Positions 17,065 through 27,730 of a stretch of DNA of 53,969 nucleotides are shown here, piece by piece. This DNA comes from a virus (taxonomy: Duplodnaviria > Caudoviricetes). The translations under genes were made by a program, and so were the position numbers. Each line of letters opens with the position of its first letter. The first letter of the stretch is position 1. The stretch is taken from the IMG/VR virus record IMGVR_UViG_3300018080_000224, positions 1 through 53,969 of that record. The stretch is one strand, 5' to 3'. The notes beneath the pieces are model-generated. The model was not told the DNA's origin. It was given only the letters and a program-made list of their open reading frames with translations, and did not search any database.

Positions 17065-20000
17065 TATTCTACCCCACCAAAAATTAGTATATTAACATCG
17101 TCAGTTGATATTTGCGGAACTTCATTTAATCTTAAATTAATTACATCATCAGCTATTCTAGAAGTTCTAAAAGTAAACGTATCCAAAGAACTGTTCGGTT
17201 CGCCACTAACAGTACCCTGACCTGCAGCATTAGCATCAGAAGCAGAAGTAGGGACACCTTCAGATAATCCTAATATAAATGAAACTTCATTAGAATCGTC
17301 ATAATATCTTTTAGATACTATAGCTCCAGTACCTAATTCAGGAGTAAGGTTAGAATCTACAGTTATAGTTTTTGTTCCTTCAACAGTAAATACAGCATCA
17401 GAATCTGGAGATACATAAGTCCAAATAAACCCATCATAACTAGTAAGTCCGCCACTTTCCACAATAGACCCATCACTAGAGTCATTTACAGTATTATTTA
17501 TCGTAAGTCCCGTATCTAATGTAACTTCATCACTAGGATCATCAACTGATAAAATTTTAAATATATTTCCTGCTCCATCTTTAAAAAAATTACCTGCTTC
17601 TGCTGACGATAAGTCAACAACTCCGCCATAAGTTACTACTCCAGTACCTGAAACATAGGAAAAACTCTCTAATCCTGAATTAGAAAACAAGACAGCAGAT
17701 TGGTATGTCGGAGATGAATTATCTATTCCAACTAGAACTCTGTCATTCTGTATAATTCTACTATTATTACCGGCAGTGAAGTTTATTTCATTATCAGAAA
17801 TTACAAGTTCATCCCCAGCATCATCTACAGAGATTATAAGAAATAAATCCCCATCATCATCTTCAAAATAATGTCCAGGTAACACTGTAGATAAGTCTAC
17901 AGTAGAGACGTAAGTTATAACTCCAGTACCAGAATTATAAGTATAATTAACTGTCGGATCTGCCATTATTACTATATTACTAGTTTCTAATCCATCATAT
18001 GTTCCATCACCCTCTAAAGCTATATGATATGGAGATCCTGCAGTAAGTGTTGGAGGAACAGCAAATGTGAATGTAACTTTATCAAATACAGTTCCATCCA
18101 CAGCTATACTATCTATTCCTTTTGAAGCTGTAGCTACGTTTATAACATTAACTGGAACAGAAGTAGCTAATACTGACCCTAAATCTGGAACTCCAGTACC
18201 ATTATCGGATAATACTCTTAAAATTAAACTACCTTGAATATTACCTTCTCTTCTCAAATATAAATTTACAGCAGCATAAGCGCCAGTTTCTGAAACCTTA
18301 AATCCCTGACCGACTTGATTACCGGCTCCACTACCTTCTAGAAGGAAACTAGCACTTTTATTAGAACTCGAATAAAGTTCTAATGGCTGCTGACGGTCAT
18401 CCACCCCTACTACGTTAAAAATTTGTCCACTAGAGTCAATTACTGACCATTCTGAACTAATACCTATAAGATTTGGAGAACTATTTAACTTAATTATAGT
18501 TTCCCCAGAACCACCTATACTGGTGGACAATAAATCTAAACTTTCTCCAAGCACTCCTATATTATCTTGAACTTCAACTATATCAAAAGTATCACCAATA
18601 GTACCTATCTGACTAAACTGAGCACTAACCGAAAATAAAGTATCTTTTGTATTATATTGTACATCAAATATATTTTCGTTAAATACTACCTGATATCCAG
18701 TGAGATTTTTGACTACATCGTAATTTCCAGCTACTACAGCCATTATAGCACTATCATTAATAGCATTAGGTCCAGTAGTAATTGTATTACTCTCGTTAGA
18801 AACTATACTCCATATATTATCAGCAGCATCTATAAAATAGTAATCTCCAGTTGCATATTCATCCTGAATGAGTACCTTACTATTATCTAACACTAGATTA
18901 TCATCAAGAGATACGCAAGTTCCGCTAATTAATGCTAAATCTAAATTATTATCAGTAATACTATTTACAGCAAGATTAGTAGTTGTAGATATTGTTTTTT
19001 TAAAACATTTAAAAGCTTCATACTCCGTTGACCCGTTTCTAATGCTGCCGTGATCATCTGTAGTAGGAGCCGCATCATCTACGCCCAAACCGTCGTCCAA
19101 AGTGAGATTATAATTAATAGTATCTACTCCCAATATCGGCCAATTGGCGTCAGACGTATCTCTAAAGAAATCGCCAGGAGCTACTAAAGCCAAATCTACT
19201 GGGTTAGCATACTGTAAAACACCAGTAACGGAACTATATGAAAATGCTACTCTAGGAGAAGAATTGTTATTAAATAATACTACATTAGGAGTCTCTGATA
19301 ATGCTCCTGAAGCTACATTAAGCCATTCAGACTCACTAACATTATTAAAAATAGTAACATCAGAATTATGGTATGAAGTTAAGTCACTAACAATATCTTC
19401 CGCTATTCTCGGTCTATATGTAAGTTTTTTAATTTCGAATCTAGTAATTCCATCTACATCCTCTATAACGTCCATAATATCTTTTAATAGGACTTGTTTA
19501 GCAAATCCCATCCCAGACCCGTCACTACCGCCAGTATCTAAATCAAAAAAGGATTTTAACGCTGTATTTATAGATTCAACAGTAGTAGACCTACTAATAG
19601 TACTTCCCACAAATATTTCTAATTCAATTATAAAATCTATTCCATAAGCATCAAGAATTGAGTATTGTACAGTAACCATTTTTCTTCTATTAAGAAAATC
19701 TACTAGTTGATTGTATAATACTACATTATCAGTAATACTAGCAATACCAGACCCACTAGGTATTACATACACGTTTAAATCTACGCCTGGATCTTTTTTA
19801 TTTTGTTCCGTACTAGCGTCAAATACTTCATTAAAATTAGCTTTTAATATGTCAGAATAGTCTTGTTCGGCCACTGCTCGTTCTAGAGTTCTAAGGCTAG
19901 CAGGAATAAGCTCTCTAAGCCTATTAATAGATTGTTCATCAGCACCACCAGAAAAATCAGCATTATTAGTAACAGAAGAAACTATTATATTAGAATCAAC

Positions 20001-20855
20001 TAAAGTAGTTAGAGTATCTTTACTAATATTACCAATAGAACCTCCACCATTTCTATAAGTAATGGAAATAGTATCCCCAGACACTAATTTTCTTCCGAAT
20101 TCCCCATCACCGAACATGATATAAGGTATTCCACTATCTCTCTCTTTTAAATCATAAACTCTTCCGCCTCCGCCTATTACATTTCCCAAACTATCAGTAA
20201 TAGCGTCAGTATCTGTACCATTCTGCCAAATAAAAGTATTCACTAATGTATATTCATTACCATTTACTGTTAATACTGGAGAAATTAAACTAGTACTGGA
20301 ATTTGATTGATCAACAATAATATCTTCTTTACTAAGATCAAATTCTTCATTCTGTAAACCTTCTGCCACAAAAGTATCTACTACTTCTTCCCCTTGAATA
20401 ACATTACCATCAATCTCCTGTGCTCCAGATGCAGTAATAGCAGCAGTTAAGTAAAATTCTGCTCCATTAGTAGCGGCAACTTTAAATCCTTTAGGAATCG
20501 TACCTGCGCCTGTAGTAGTAAATGTAGCCACCCCAGAAGCACTCGTATTCGTAGCTGGCACATACCCAAATTGCGCAGCTATGTCTTCCACAGCACTACG
20601 TATAGTTGCTGTTTGTAAATAAGATTGAGTAGCTTGATTATCTAAATAGAAAAATAAAACATCGGATACATAAGCAACAATTTCTAACCAAGTTCTAGAA
20701 AACGAATCAGCGTTAAAATCTGTCCACAATCTATTAGCACTAGTACCAGAACCGTAGTTAACTGTAGCATAGGTGATTAAAGCGTCAACTACACTACTAT
20801 AATCTTTTTCTATATAGTCAATGTCTTGATTTGCTGTTATGATTTCATTGGCCAT
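17064..20855 (-). CDS. baseplate J-like wedge protein (T4 gp6 / Afp11-like) with long C-terminal extension
   Basis: DYIEKDY, LFFYLDNQATQSYL, FGDGEFG, GGADEQS, RAVAEQDY motifs. Confidence 0.9.
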   Translation of the reverse strand: MANEIITANQDIDYIEKDYSSVVDALITYATVNYGSGTSANRLWTDFNADSFSRTWLEIVAYVSDVLFFYLDNQATQSYLQTATIRSAVEDIAAQFGYVPATNTSASGVATFTTTGAGTIPKGFKVAATNGAEFYLTAAITASGAQEIDGNVIQGEEVVDTFVAEGLQNEEFDLSKEDIIVDQSNSSTSLISPVLTVNGNEYTLVNTFIWQNGTDTDAITDSLGNVIGGGGRVYDLKERDSGIPYIMFGDGEFGRKLVSGDTISITYRNGGGSIGNISKDTLTTLVDSNIIVSSVTNNADFSGGADEQSINRLRELIPASLRTLERAVAEQDYSDILKANFNEVFDASTEQNKKDPGVDLNVYVIPSGSGIASITDNVVLYNQLVDFLNRRKMVTVQYSILDAYGIDFIIELEIFVGSTISRSTTVESINTALKSFFDLDTGGSDGSGMGFAKQVLLKDIMDVIEDVDGITRFEIKKLTYRPRIAEDIVSDLTSYHNSDVTIFNNVSESEWLNVASGALSETPNVVLFNNNSSPRVAFSYSSVTGVLQYANPVDLALVAPGDFFRDTSDANWPILGVDTINYNLTLDDGLGVDDAAPTTDDHGSIRNGSTEYEAFKCFKKTISTTTNLAVNSITDNNLDLALISGTCVSLDDNLVLDNSKVLIQDEYATGDYYFIDAADNIWSIVSNESNTITTGPNAINDSAIMAVVAGNYDVVKNLTGYQVVFNENIFDVQYNTKDTLFSVSAQFSQIGTIGDTFDIVEVQDNIGVLGESLDLLSTSIGGSGETIIKLNSSPNLIGISSEWSVIDSSGQIFNVVGVDDRQQPLELYSSSNKSASFLLEGSGAGNQVGQGFKVSETGAYAAVNLYLRREGNIQGSLILRVLSDNGTGVPDLGSVLATSVPVNVINVATASKGIDSIAVDGTVFDKVTFTFAVPPTLTAGSPYHIALEGDGTYDGLETSNIVIMADPTVNYTYNSGTGVITYVSTVDLSTVLPGHYFEDDDGDLFLIISVDDAGDELVISDNEINFTAGNNSRIIQNDRVLVGIDNSSPTYQSAVLFSNSGLESFSYVSGTGVVTYGGVVDLSSAEAGNFFKDGAGNIFKILSVDDPSDEVTLDTGLTINNTVNDSSDGSIVESGGLTSYDGFIWTYVSPDSDAVFTVEGTKTITVDSNLTPELGTGAIVSKRYYDDSNEVSFILGLSEGVPTSASDANAAGQGTVSGEPNSSLDTFTFRTSRIADDVINLRLNEVPQISTDDVNILIFGGVE

Positions 20856-20878
20856 CTATTACTCCTGAATATAGTCAA

Positions 20879-21292
20879 TTAAGCAAAGCTCAAATCTGTT
20901 CCACTTCGAAATGGAAAGACAAGGCTTAGTTTTTCATCAGTTTCATTAACTAAAAACGTTATATTAAATATAATTAAACCAGTATTGAGATTACTACTAG
21001 TATCAACACTAATTAAAGTTATTCTAGGTTCATATTTACTAATAGCAGTTTTAATAGCTTCAATACCAGCAGGTTCTGCATCTAGTTGATTTTCCCACAC
21101 CAACCCCATAAGAGAGCAGCCAAAATCAGGCCTATTTACTCGCTCACCTGGCACAGTTAAAAGTAGCTGTTCTACATCTTGTATAAGAACATCTACTCCA
21201 GATACATGATTAAAGTCTCCATTAATAGGAAACTTAGCATCAGCACCCAATCTTTGCTTTAAAGCATCTTCTTTTGATCTAATTTTAGCCAT
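20879..21292 (-). CDS. gp25-like baseplate/sheath initiator
   Basis: LLLTVPGERVNRPDFGCSL...YEPRI. Confidence 0.92.
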   Translation of the reverse strand: MAKIRSKEDALKQRLGADAKFPINGDFNHVSGVDVLIQDVEQLLLTVPGERVNRPDFGCSLMGLVWENQLDAEPAGIEAIKTAISKYEPRITLISVDTSSNLNTGLIIFNITFLVNETDEKLSLVFPFRSGTDLSFA

Positions 21293-21297
21293 ATTAT

Positions 21298-21855
21298 TTA
21301 ACTTATAATAACTGTTCCACTACCAGCACCTGGAGCAGCAGCACCAGCTAAAACACCAGTACCAGCGGCCCCAATTTCAGTACAAACTCCAGTAGCTATA
21401 GCTTCAGCAAAATTTTCCCACTGAGGCCCAGTAAATCCAGGAGCTGCAGCAACTATAGCATCTCGCATACTATCTATAGCTCCAGAAAAACTAGAAAAAG
21501 TAGCAGACCCGTTAGTATCTGAAGCTAGCGTAGCTAAAGCAAACTGCGACACAGTAACACTTCCTATGGCATCAGCAAAATTCCGTAACTCAGATCCACC
21601 ATCAGTCCCAAATAAAGTTTTACCAGTATCTACGATAGTTGTAGCAATGTTACTAGAACTTATTCCAATTATCCCAACACCAGCACTAACTCCAACTAAT
21701 ACTGGAGTGGTCACTTGACCAGTTAATCCTATAGATGTAGTAACTATACCAGTTGAAACAGCTAAAGTGAATACAGGTAACATAGGCCCTAAATATCCCA
21801 TTCCAGTTAACTGCGCTGTTAAAGCTACAGTAAATGTTGGTACTAATAAGGGCAT
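21298..21855 (-). CDS. Ala/Gly-rich virion protein next to spike
   Basis: coupled between spike and gp25; repeated FAxAI motif. Confidence 0.6.
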   Translation of the reverse strand: MPLLVPTFTVALTAQLTGMGYLGPMLPVFTLAVSTGIVTTSIGLTGQVTTPVLVGVSAGVGIIGISSSNIATTIVDTGKTLFGTDGGSELRNFADAIGSVTVSQFALATLASDTNGSATFSSFSGAIDSMRDAIVAAAPGFTGPQWENFAEAIATGVCTEIGAAGTGVLAGAAAPGAGSGTVIIS

Positions 21856-22547
21856 TACTCTGTTTTCACTCCTCCAGATGGAACTAATGGAATTCCAGTT
21901 ATAGGATCATTATTTAACGGAACCGCAGCAACTAATAATCCAGGAGCAGCGGCATTTAATGGTGTTTTTAAAGTAATTGTAGCTGTCGCTTCAATAGTAG
22001 CACTTCCTCCAGCTTCAACATTAGCATCGCCTCCAGACTTAACATTAACATCTCCTGAAGTTTCTATCGTAATTGATCCATCTTCATCAGAAATATGAAT
22101 TTTATTACCACTAGAAGTAGTAATTCTTATTCCTTTATTAGTATCAGATATATCATTAACTTCTGGATTTGAAGTAGGTTCCGCTTCTCCATCATCTAAC
22201 TCTACTAAATGTCCACCAGAAGTATAAAATCCAAAATTTGTAGGTACATCCCTTTTAAAACCTTCAGGTATTTGCGGACTAGAAAAATCGCCCTTTGTAA
22301 CATTTCCCCAAGCAATAAGATATTCCGTATATCCGCAGTCAGCTTCTATATACACCAAATCCCCTACATTGGGAACATCAAAAGTGTTAGGTGCCATTAA
22401 ATATTGAATCCATGAATTATTTTCCACTAACGGGTGATAAACTCGTATTCTTCCCCTTTTCATGGGGTCTCTATTGTCGATAACCTTAGCTTTAGATCTA
22501 CCAACATATTTAATTTTACCAGTATTTAAATCTCTTACGGGAAACAT
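21855..22547 (-). CDS. baseplate central spike (gp5/gpV OB-fold plus beta-helix)
   Basis: VIDNRDPMKRGRIRV, VPNVGD, TSGGHLVELDD. Confidence 0.88.
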   Translation of the reverse strand: MFPVRDLNTGKIKYVGRSKAKVIDNRDPMKRGRIRVYHPLVENNSWIQYLMAPNTFDVPNVGDLVYIEADCGYTEYLIAWGNVTKGDFSSPQIPEGFKRDVPTNFGFYTSGGHLVELDDGEAEPTSNPEVNDISDTNKGIRITTSSGNKIHISDEDGSITIETSGDVNVKSGGDANVEAGGSATIEATATITLKTPLNAAAPGLLVAAVPLNNDPITGIPLVPSGGVKTE

Positions 22548-22548
22548 A

Positions 22549-24114
22549 TTAAGTATAACTTATTCCATAAAGTTCGTTTATTAAAGCATGTAGAGGTTTT
22601 TTATCTTTGAATACAGATTTATCTAATTTAAGTTTAATATCAGTTGTACTAGAATCTGAATTATCTGATCCATCAGGTTTTAATTGACCAAAACTAGCTG
22701 CAAAATTAACGCCCATAACTTCCGTAACATAACCATTCATTGTTATAGTGTGTTTAGTAGTCATTATTCTGTATATTCCACTATATCGAACGCCTAATCC
22801 ACCGACAATAATAGGCCCAGGAACTAATAGTGGATAACCTAAAGTAGTCATTCCTAGAGCTAGTATTCTACTTACAGGTTCTGCAATATTTTCAGCTTTT
22901 TCGTCTAAAGTTCCACCTTCGAAAGGAGTTACCTCTAAAAGTCCTGTATGTTTATTTTTGTAATTACTAGCTTGTAAATTTTTATGTTCAAGTATATCGT
23001 CAGGATTCGTATCTATTTTACCTTCACCTATATTCAATTTAATGTTAGTCATATGATCAGAATTTCCCTCTAATGGATTACCGTCTTTATCTAATCCACT
23101 ATTAGAAGCTTCTACTATAGATGATAAATCTACTTTTAAACTAACCCTTTTAATTATACTTCCAGGTGATCTATAATTAAATAATGTAGTACTTCTTAAT
23201 CGTAACTGAGATTCCCAATCTTTTCTAGAAACAAAAACTAATACATCTTTTTCTTTTGTTGGATGAGTTATAATTTTTACTACGGCATTACTAGCATCAG
23301 CTAATTCTTTAAGAAACTGATCTAAACTTTGGCCAGCTTTATGAATCTTATTTCTATGTTCTTCATATCTATCATTAGATAACTTATCACCAACTATATA
23401 GCTAATTCCAGCTTTTTTACAAATATCAATAACTGCTTCTTCAGTAGAAACGTCATCAAAATCATAAATACCAGCTTCTGAATTGATTGTGTGAATTTTT
23501 CTATATTGATTAGCTTCTTTTGGTGATTTTATACCGTACAAAGCTTGAGTACTACAAGTTATATTTAAAGTAGGTTGTGAAGTTTCTGGAAATGTAGAAT
23601 TTATAATAACTATAGGAGCTTCAACTGTTGCCGTTAATTCTGGACTTTCCAAATATCCCCATTTTACCTTTATAAAATTTCTTTGTTCAAATAAAAATCG
23701 TGGAGAGGCTAAATCAGAATCTCTATACCTATCTTCTGGTTCTGTTTCGTATTTTTTATCTTTCTTTTCTTTAGAAGTTAACCAAGTTACTCCACTATCT
23801 CCGCTAAATCTTAAATCTGTTAAAACGCCAGTTCTATTAGTTATGGAACCGCCAACATCACTATCTAAATGATAAACGCCGCCAGCTCCTTCGCTCGAAT
23901 CTCTAGAGGCAGGTTCTCTGGAACCTTCTACAAGAGTGATATTTATAATATCAAAAGTTTCACGCTCTATAGACTGCTGTACTTCTACTTTAGAAACTAA
24001 TTTTAATATATGTCCAGGAAGTTTTACTTTAGCCTTCCTAGTAGGATCACTAATAGTAATTTCAAAGAATGGAGTCTTAAATTTACTATAGAATGTATTA
24101 AAATCAGTAGCCAT
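22549..24114 (-). CDS. baseplate hub (gp27 / late control D-like)
   Basis: VKWGY, FLKELAD, GYPLLVPG...GLGVRYSGIYRI...H...GYVT. Confidence 0.85.
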   Translation of the reverse strand: MATDFNTFYSKFKTPFFEITISDPTRKAKVKLPGHILKLVSKVEVQQSIERETFDIINITLVEGSREPASRDSSEGAGGVYHLDSDVGGSITNRTGVLTDLRFSGDSGVTWLTSKEKKDKKYETEPEDRYRDSDLASPRFLFEQRNFIKVKWGYLESPELTATVEAPIVIINSTFPETSQPTLNITCSTQALYGIKSPKEANQYRKIHTINSEAGIYDFDDVSTEEAVIDICKKAGISYIVGDKLSNDRYEEHRNKIHKAGQSLDQFLKELADASNAVVKIITHPTKEKDVLVFVSRKDWESQLRLRSTTLFNYRSPGSIIKRVSLKVDLSSIVEASNSGLDKDGNPLEGNSDHMTNIKLNIGEGKIDTNPDDILEHKNLQASNYKNKHTGLLEVTPFEGGTLDEKAENIAEPVSRILALGMTTLGYPLLVPGPIIVGGLGVRYSGIYRIMTTKHTITMNGYVTEVMGVNFAASFGQLKPDGSDNSDSSTTDIKLKLDKSVFKDKKPLHALINELYGISYT

Positions 24115-24115
24115 A

Positions 24116-24433
24116 TTAAGTTTCTAGTTCTTCGATTTTATCTATAACCCTAGTTAATTCTGGAATTCTCAATACTTGCCCAGAAGCAATATCAGACGTA
24201 GGGTCTTGTATTTCATTAAATTGACAAATCACCCACCATAATTCTGGTATTTGATATACTGCTGCAGCTATTAAGTCTGGCCTTTTTTCCATTACTTGTG
24301 TCACGGTGATAAAAATATCTCCGTCAGATTCCTCTAAGTCTAGTCGTCTAGGGAGTGTTAAAAATTCAACATCAGAACGATTTTTTATAACCACTCCACC
24401 AGTATATCTAGAAAATCTTTTAAAATTTGCCAT
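24116..24433 (-). CDS. LysM-like baseplate protein (gp53/gpX-like)
   Basis: RPDLIAAAVY..PELWWVICQFN.I.DP...GQVLRIP. Confidence 0.88.
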   Translation of the reverse strand: MANFKRFSRYTGGVVIKNRSDVEFLTLPRRLDLEESDGDIFITVTQVMEKRPDLIAAAVYQIPELWWVICQFNEIQDPTSDIASGQVLRIPELTRVIDKIEELET

Positions 24434-25176
24434 TAGGACACCCTATGAAATCTCAACCTATCAAAAGGTTTAGTAGTATATTGTACTAATTTAAAATTAA
24501 CTATAGCTTCCATTGGTGCTAGATTTGATAACTGCTTTGTTACTCTTATTCTAAGATCAGTCAATATCCAAACATCAGAATCTGGGGATACACTAGCTGC
24601 TACGGGTTCTATATTTATAGCGGAACCTACGTATAATACAATTAATGGAGGACTTTGTTGTAACCTACCAGGATTATTTCCTTCATTATATTTAGGGTAT
24701 AATAATGATCTATAATAGTTAAGGTGTCCAGATATATCCAATGTTCCAGTTTTAGAGCTTTTCGGACTTTTAGGTTTCTGACCTTTGCTTAAATTATTAA
24801 CTCCGAAAAGAGCTGAAGCTAACGTAGATACAACTTGAGTTCCTAAATTTTTACGCCGTTCATCAGATTTTATGTGATCAAACTTAAACACTGAAGTGTC
24901 GTTTGTTACTAATGCCTCAAAAGATACTATTCTAGGGCCTCCAGCCATCCACTGATAAACTGGGTCGCTTTGTCCAGGAATACTATGTTCTGCCCAATTA
25001 GCAGTTTTAGTATCTTCATATGTAGACGGGTTTAGTAAAAAAAATGAGGCATACTGGTCGTAATTTTCTACTAATCCATAGCTATCAACTGTAAATATCC
25101 CTGCCCTCGCTAATTCAGAAGAATTAAGTTCAATATCAGAATTTAAAGATCTTTTATTTTTAGGTCTGATAGGCAT
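24433..25176 (-). CDS. tail tube initiator (CIS tube / Afp7-like)
   Basis: LNPSTY...W....IPGQSDPVYQWMAGGPRIVSFE...PPLIVL. Confidence 0.8.
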   Translation of the reverse strand: MPIRPKNKRSLNSDIELNSSELARAGIFTVDSYGLVENYDQYASFFLLNPSTYEDTKTANWAEHSIPGQSDPVYQWMAGGPRIVSFEALVTNDTSVFKFDHIKSDERRKNLGTQVVSTLASALFGVNNLSKGQKPKSPKSSKTGTLDISGHLNYYRSLLYPKYNEGNNPGRLQQSPPLIVLYVGSAINIEPVAASVSPDSDVWILTDLRIRVTKQLSNLAPMEAIVNFKLVQYTTKPFDRLRFHRVS

Positions 25177-25180
25177 TTAA

Positions 25181-26794
25181 CTAATTAGGCCTCTTAGATT
25201 TTAATTGTTCAGTAGCAGTAACATTATCAATATTTGAATTAGATACTTTTATATTCTCTAATAGCTTTGTTTGTTTTTCACTCTCTATTCTTATACCTTC
25301 TAATTGTGTGGCGTAATTCTCCATATTAACACGCTCAGAACCCTTTGTTGTAGGTACAGTTCCTTTTGGCATTTTAAGTTGAGACTTTGGTCCAGGAGCA
25401 ATTTTTCCTTTTTCTTCTATTATTCGTATAGCTTCTGGAGAGGCTCCTTTTGGATATTGCGGCGGAAAAGTTGGCGTTTCTCCAAATTCTCTACCCATTA
25501 GATATTTTCTAGCTGTTTCATTAGGATCACGTCTACCTTGTTTTCTATTTCTATATTCCTTAAGTACTCCTCTACTAGCTAAAGCTATGGCTTGCTCTTT
25601 TCCCTCTGCGTCCAATTTATCCCAAATTTTCGTTTTAACTTGACTAATTCCTTTTTCTATATTTTTAGGATCAGAAAAATGTAATTCTTGAAGTGAATCT
25701 GCCACTTTTTTTATTAATTCCGCTCTATCGAGTTTATCGTACAATCTATCCAAAGATTCTGTAGCTGTCTCAGTATTTGCCGCTAAACTCGCAAATCCAA
25801 GAGACAAAGACATCACAAATCCTAATAACAGCGGCAGTGCTAGGCCTCCTGCAGCTAAAGAAGCAATAGCTATCATAAGTAATTTAAATGTACCCATAAC
25901 TGCTATAACTGCGGCAAAAGATCCTGCTACTACTAATAAAAATTTAGCCAATCCTATTAAGAATGGACTAGTTTTTCTAATATTTTCTAGAAAATCAGCG
26001 AAACTATACGTACCTACGGAAATTTTATCAAATAAAGGTCCTAAAGCTTGAGCTAAAATAGCTCCAATACTCATACCTAACATATCAAAAGATTCTTTTA
26101 ATGATTGTATAATATCAAGTAAGTCTCTATTTCCCTTCTTCTCATTTATTGTAGCTAAAAGTAAAAGTTTCTTTCCTAATATTAGCTTTCTTTGAGTAGA
26201 AACCATTCCACCTAAAATACCAGTTCCGGCTTTTAAAATAGATAGTTCGGCTTGCAAAGCTGGGTTAGTTTTAGCAACTATATTCAAAAAGTTTAAATGA
26301 CTAAGAGCGCCATCTCTTAAAAAGTTAGTGAACCTTTTAATACCCTCTCCAGCTTTAAACCCAGCCATTTTAGATGCAGTACCGGCAGCCGCAATCATAT
26401 TTGCAGTTTCCGATAAAGTTTTAGTCATTCCTAGAGTTTTCATAGTAACAGCAGCTCTCATAGCTTCTACTCTAGGAATAAAATTATCAGTAAACTTCTT
26501 TAATTCGACATATAGTTTTCCGCTAGGAGTTCCAAATACTCTTTCAAATTGATTTGTTATCCTATCTAACTCTGCTCCTTTTTCCATAAGATTCATAGCA
26601 TTAGAGAAACCTTTAGAGAACATACTCATAAAGGCTGTAGCAGAAAACATTACTCTATTAAATTCTTTAAAATCCCTTCCGCCTTGTTTGGCGTTTTTTC
26701 CAAGTTTCTTTAGATGACGACCTACCGCCTTTAAGCCTGCTTTTGCTGCAGCAGCTCCAGAAACTTTTACTAATATTTCTAATAATTTTTTCAT
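25181..26794 (-). CDS. tape measure protein
   Basis: Ala/Gly/Leu-rich helical protein with hydrophobic segments, between chaperone and tube initiator. Confidence 0.8.
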   Translation of the reverse strand: MKKLLEILVKVSGAAAAKAGLKAVGRHLKKLGKNAKQGGRDFKEFNRVMFSATAFMSMFSKGFSNAMNLMEKGAELDRITNQFERVFGTPSGKLYVELKKFTDNFIPRVEAMRAAVTMKTLGMTKTLSETANMIAAAGTASKMAGFKAGEGIKRFTNFLRDGALSHLNFLNIVAKTNPALQAELSILKAGTGILGGMVSTQRKLILGKKLLLLATINEKKGNRDLLDIIQSLKESFDMLGMSIGAILAQALGPLFDKISVGTYSFADFLENIRKTSPFLIGLAKFLLVVAGSFAAVIAVMGTFKLLMIAIASLAAGGLALPLLLGFVMSLSLGFASLAANTETATESLDRLYDKLDRAELIKKVADSLQELHFSDPKNIEKGISQVKTKIWDKLDAEGKEQAIALASRGVLKEYRNRKQGRRDPNETARKYLMGREFGETPTFPPQYPKGASPEAIRIIEEKGKIAPGPKSQLKMPKGTVPTTKGSERVNMENYATQLEGIRIESEKQTKLLENIKVSNSNIDNVTATEQLKSKRPN

Positions 26795-26979
26795 TAATTT
26801 TTATTGATAACTTCGTCTATATAGCATTGCTTCATTTCTTTTCTATATGACCAACGAAGATTGTCTATTTCGCTAGGAGGCCAACCAAACAGTTTACCGA
26901 AAAATAAGTAGTCCTCCAGAAGATCGTTTCGGTGAGTCGTATACTCTAAGTTATTGATCCCCTGGAAGGGTCGAAAAAA
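26794..26979 (-). CDS. -1 frameshift extension of tail assembly chaperone (P2 gpE'-like)
   Basis: slippery T TTT TTC at 26979-26973; -1 frame is open for 59 codons incl. LFGWPPSEIDNL and ends TAATG on the TMP start. Confidence 0.85.
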   Translation of the reverse strand, partial: FFRPFQGINNLEYTTHRNDLLEDYLFFGKLFGWPPSEIDNLRWSYRKEMKQCYIDEVINKN

Positions 26980-27710
26980 TCTGGATCAAACGGGTTCAAT
27001 TTGAACTCGAATTCCTGTTTACACTTCTTATTAGTACATTTAACTTGTATATTAGTGTCTATATTGCCCATTAATTTTATATTTTTAGCTTCTTTATTTA
27101 AATAATATATATCAGAAGCTGGAATTTTTTCTATATCTGCATTAGTTATGTTAGTTTTTTCGCCCATTCTACGCATAGATAATTTTAAAAATCCAGTAAT
27201 TAATGAGTCTTTTTTATCCTTTATTAATTTTAAACTCTCTAGAAGTTCTTTTAATCTAAGTGGACCTAATTCAATTTCTATATCCATCTTCGGTAAATGA
27301 ACTACTTTAGGTTCCATCATTTCATCTAAAGATAGTTTATCTACTTCTAATTTACTAAGATCCAATTTCAAATTTTTAATTTCACTACCACATTTATCAC
27401 ATTTCGCTGATAAAAAATATTCTGGACCAAAAGTCTTTTCTCTAATTCTAATTAGAATCACTTCTAAATCTTCTACAGGTAATCTTTGTATGCCAGAAGA
27501 AATTTTACCTTTCCATCTGAGACCTTGCTCATTTTGAAAAGATAATACTAAATCTTCTAATATTTTTTGAACGTGACCTATATTTCCTATTACTAAACTT
27601 TCATCGACTAAGTAATTTTGTTGTTTTCCCTTTAATTCGTCTATTTCAGCATAGTCAAACAGTTCCATACCTGAACTTTCTACAAGTCCATTAGGTAATC
27701 GTATTAACAT
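26946..27710 (-). CDS. tail assembly chaperone (T4 gp26/gp51-like, Zn-binding)
   Basis: DLEVILIRIREKTFG, CDKC, CTNKKC, ends DFFDP; between tubes and TMP. Confidence 0.8.
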   Translation of the reverse strand: MLIRLPNGLVESSGMELFDYAEIDELKGKQQNYLVDESLVIGNIGHVQKILEDLVLSFQNEQGLRWKGKISSGIQRLPVEDLEVILIRIREKTFGPEYFLSAKCDKCGSEIKNLKLDLSKLEVDKLSLDEMMEPKVVHLPKMDIEIELGPLRLKELLESLKLIKDKKDSLITGFLKLSMRRMGEKTNITNADIEKIPASDIYYLNKEAKNIKLMGNIDTNIQVKCTNKKCKQEFEFKLNPFDPDFFDPSRGSIT

Positions 27711-27730
27711 ATAACCTCCTCGATTATTTA

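Noticed and set aside
22549-22580. Hub protein ending NELYGISYT as another ILYG tag
   Set aside because: It lacks the W and the hydrophobic pattern, and sits in a structural protein; probably coincidental.
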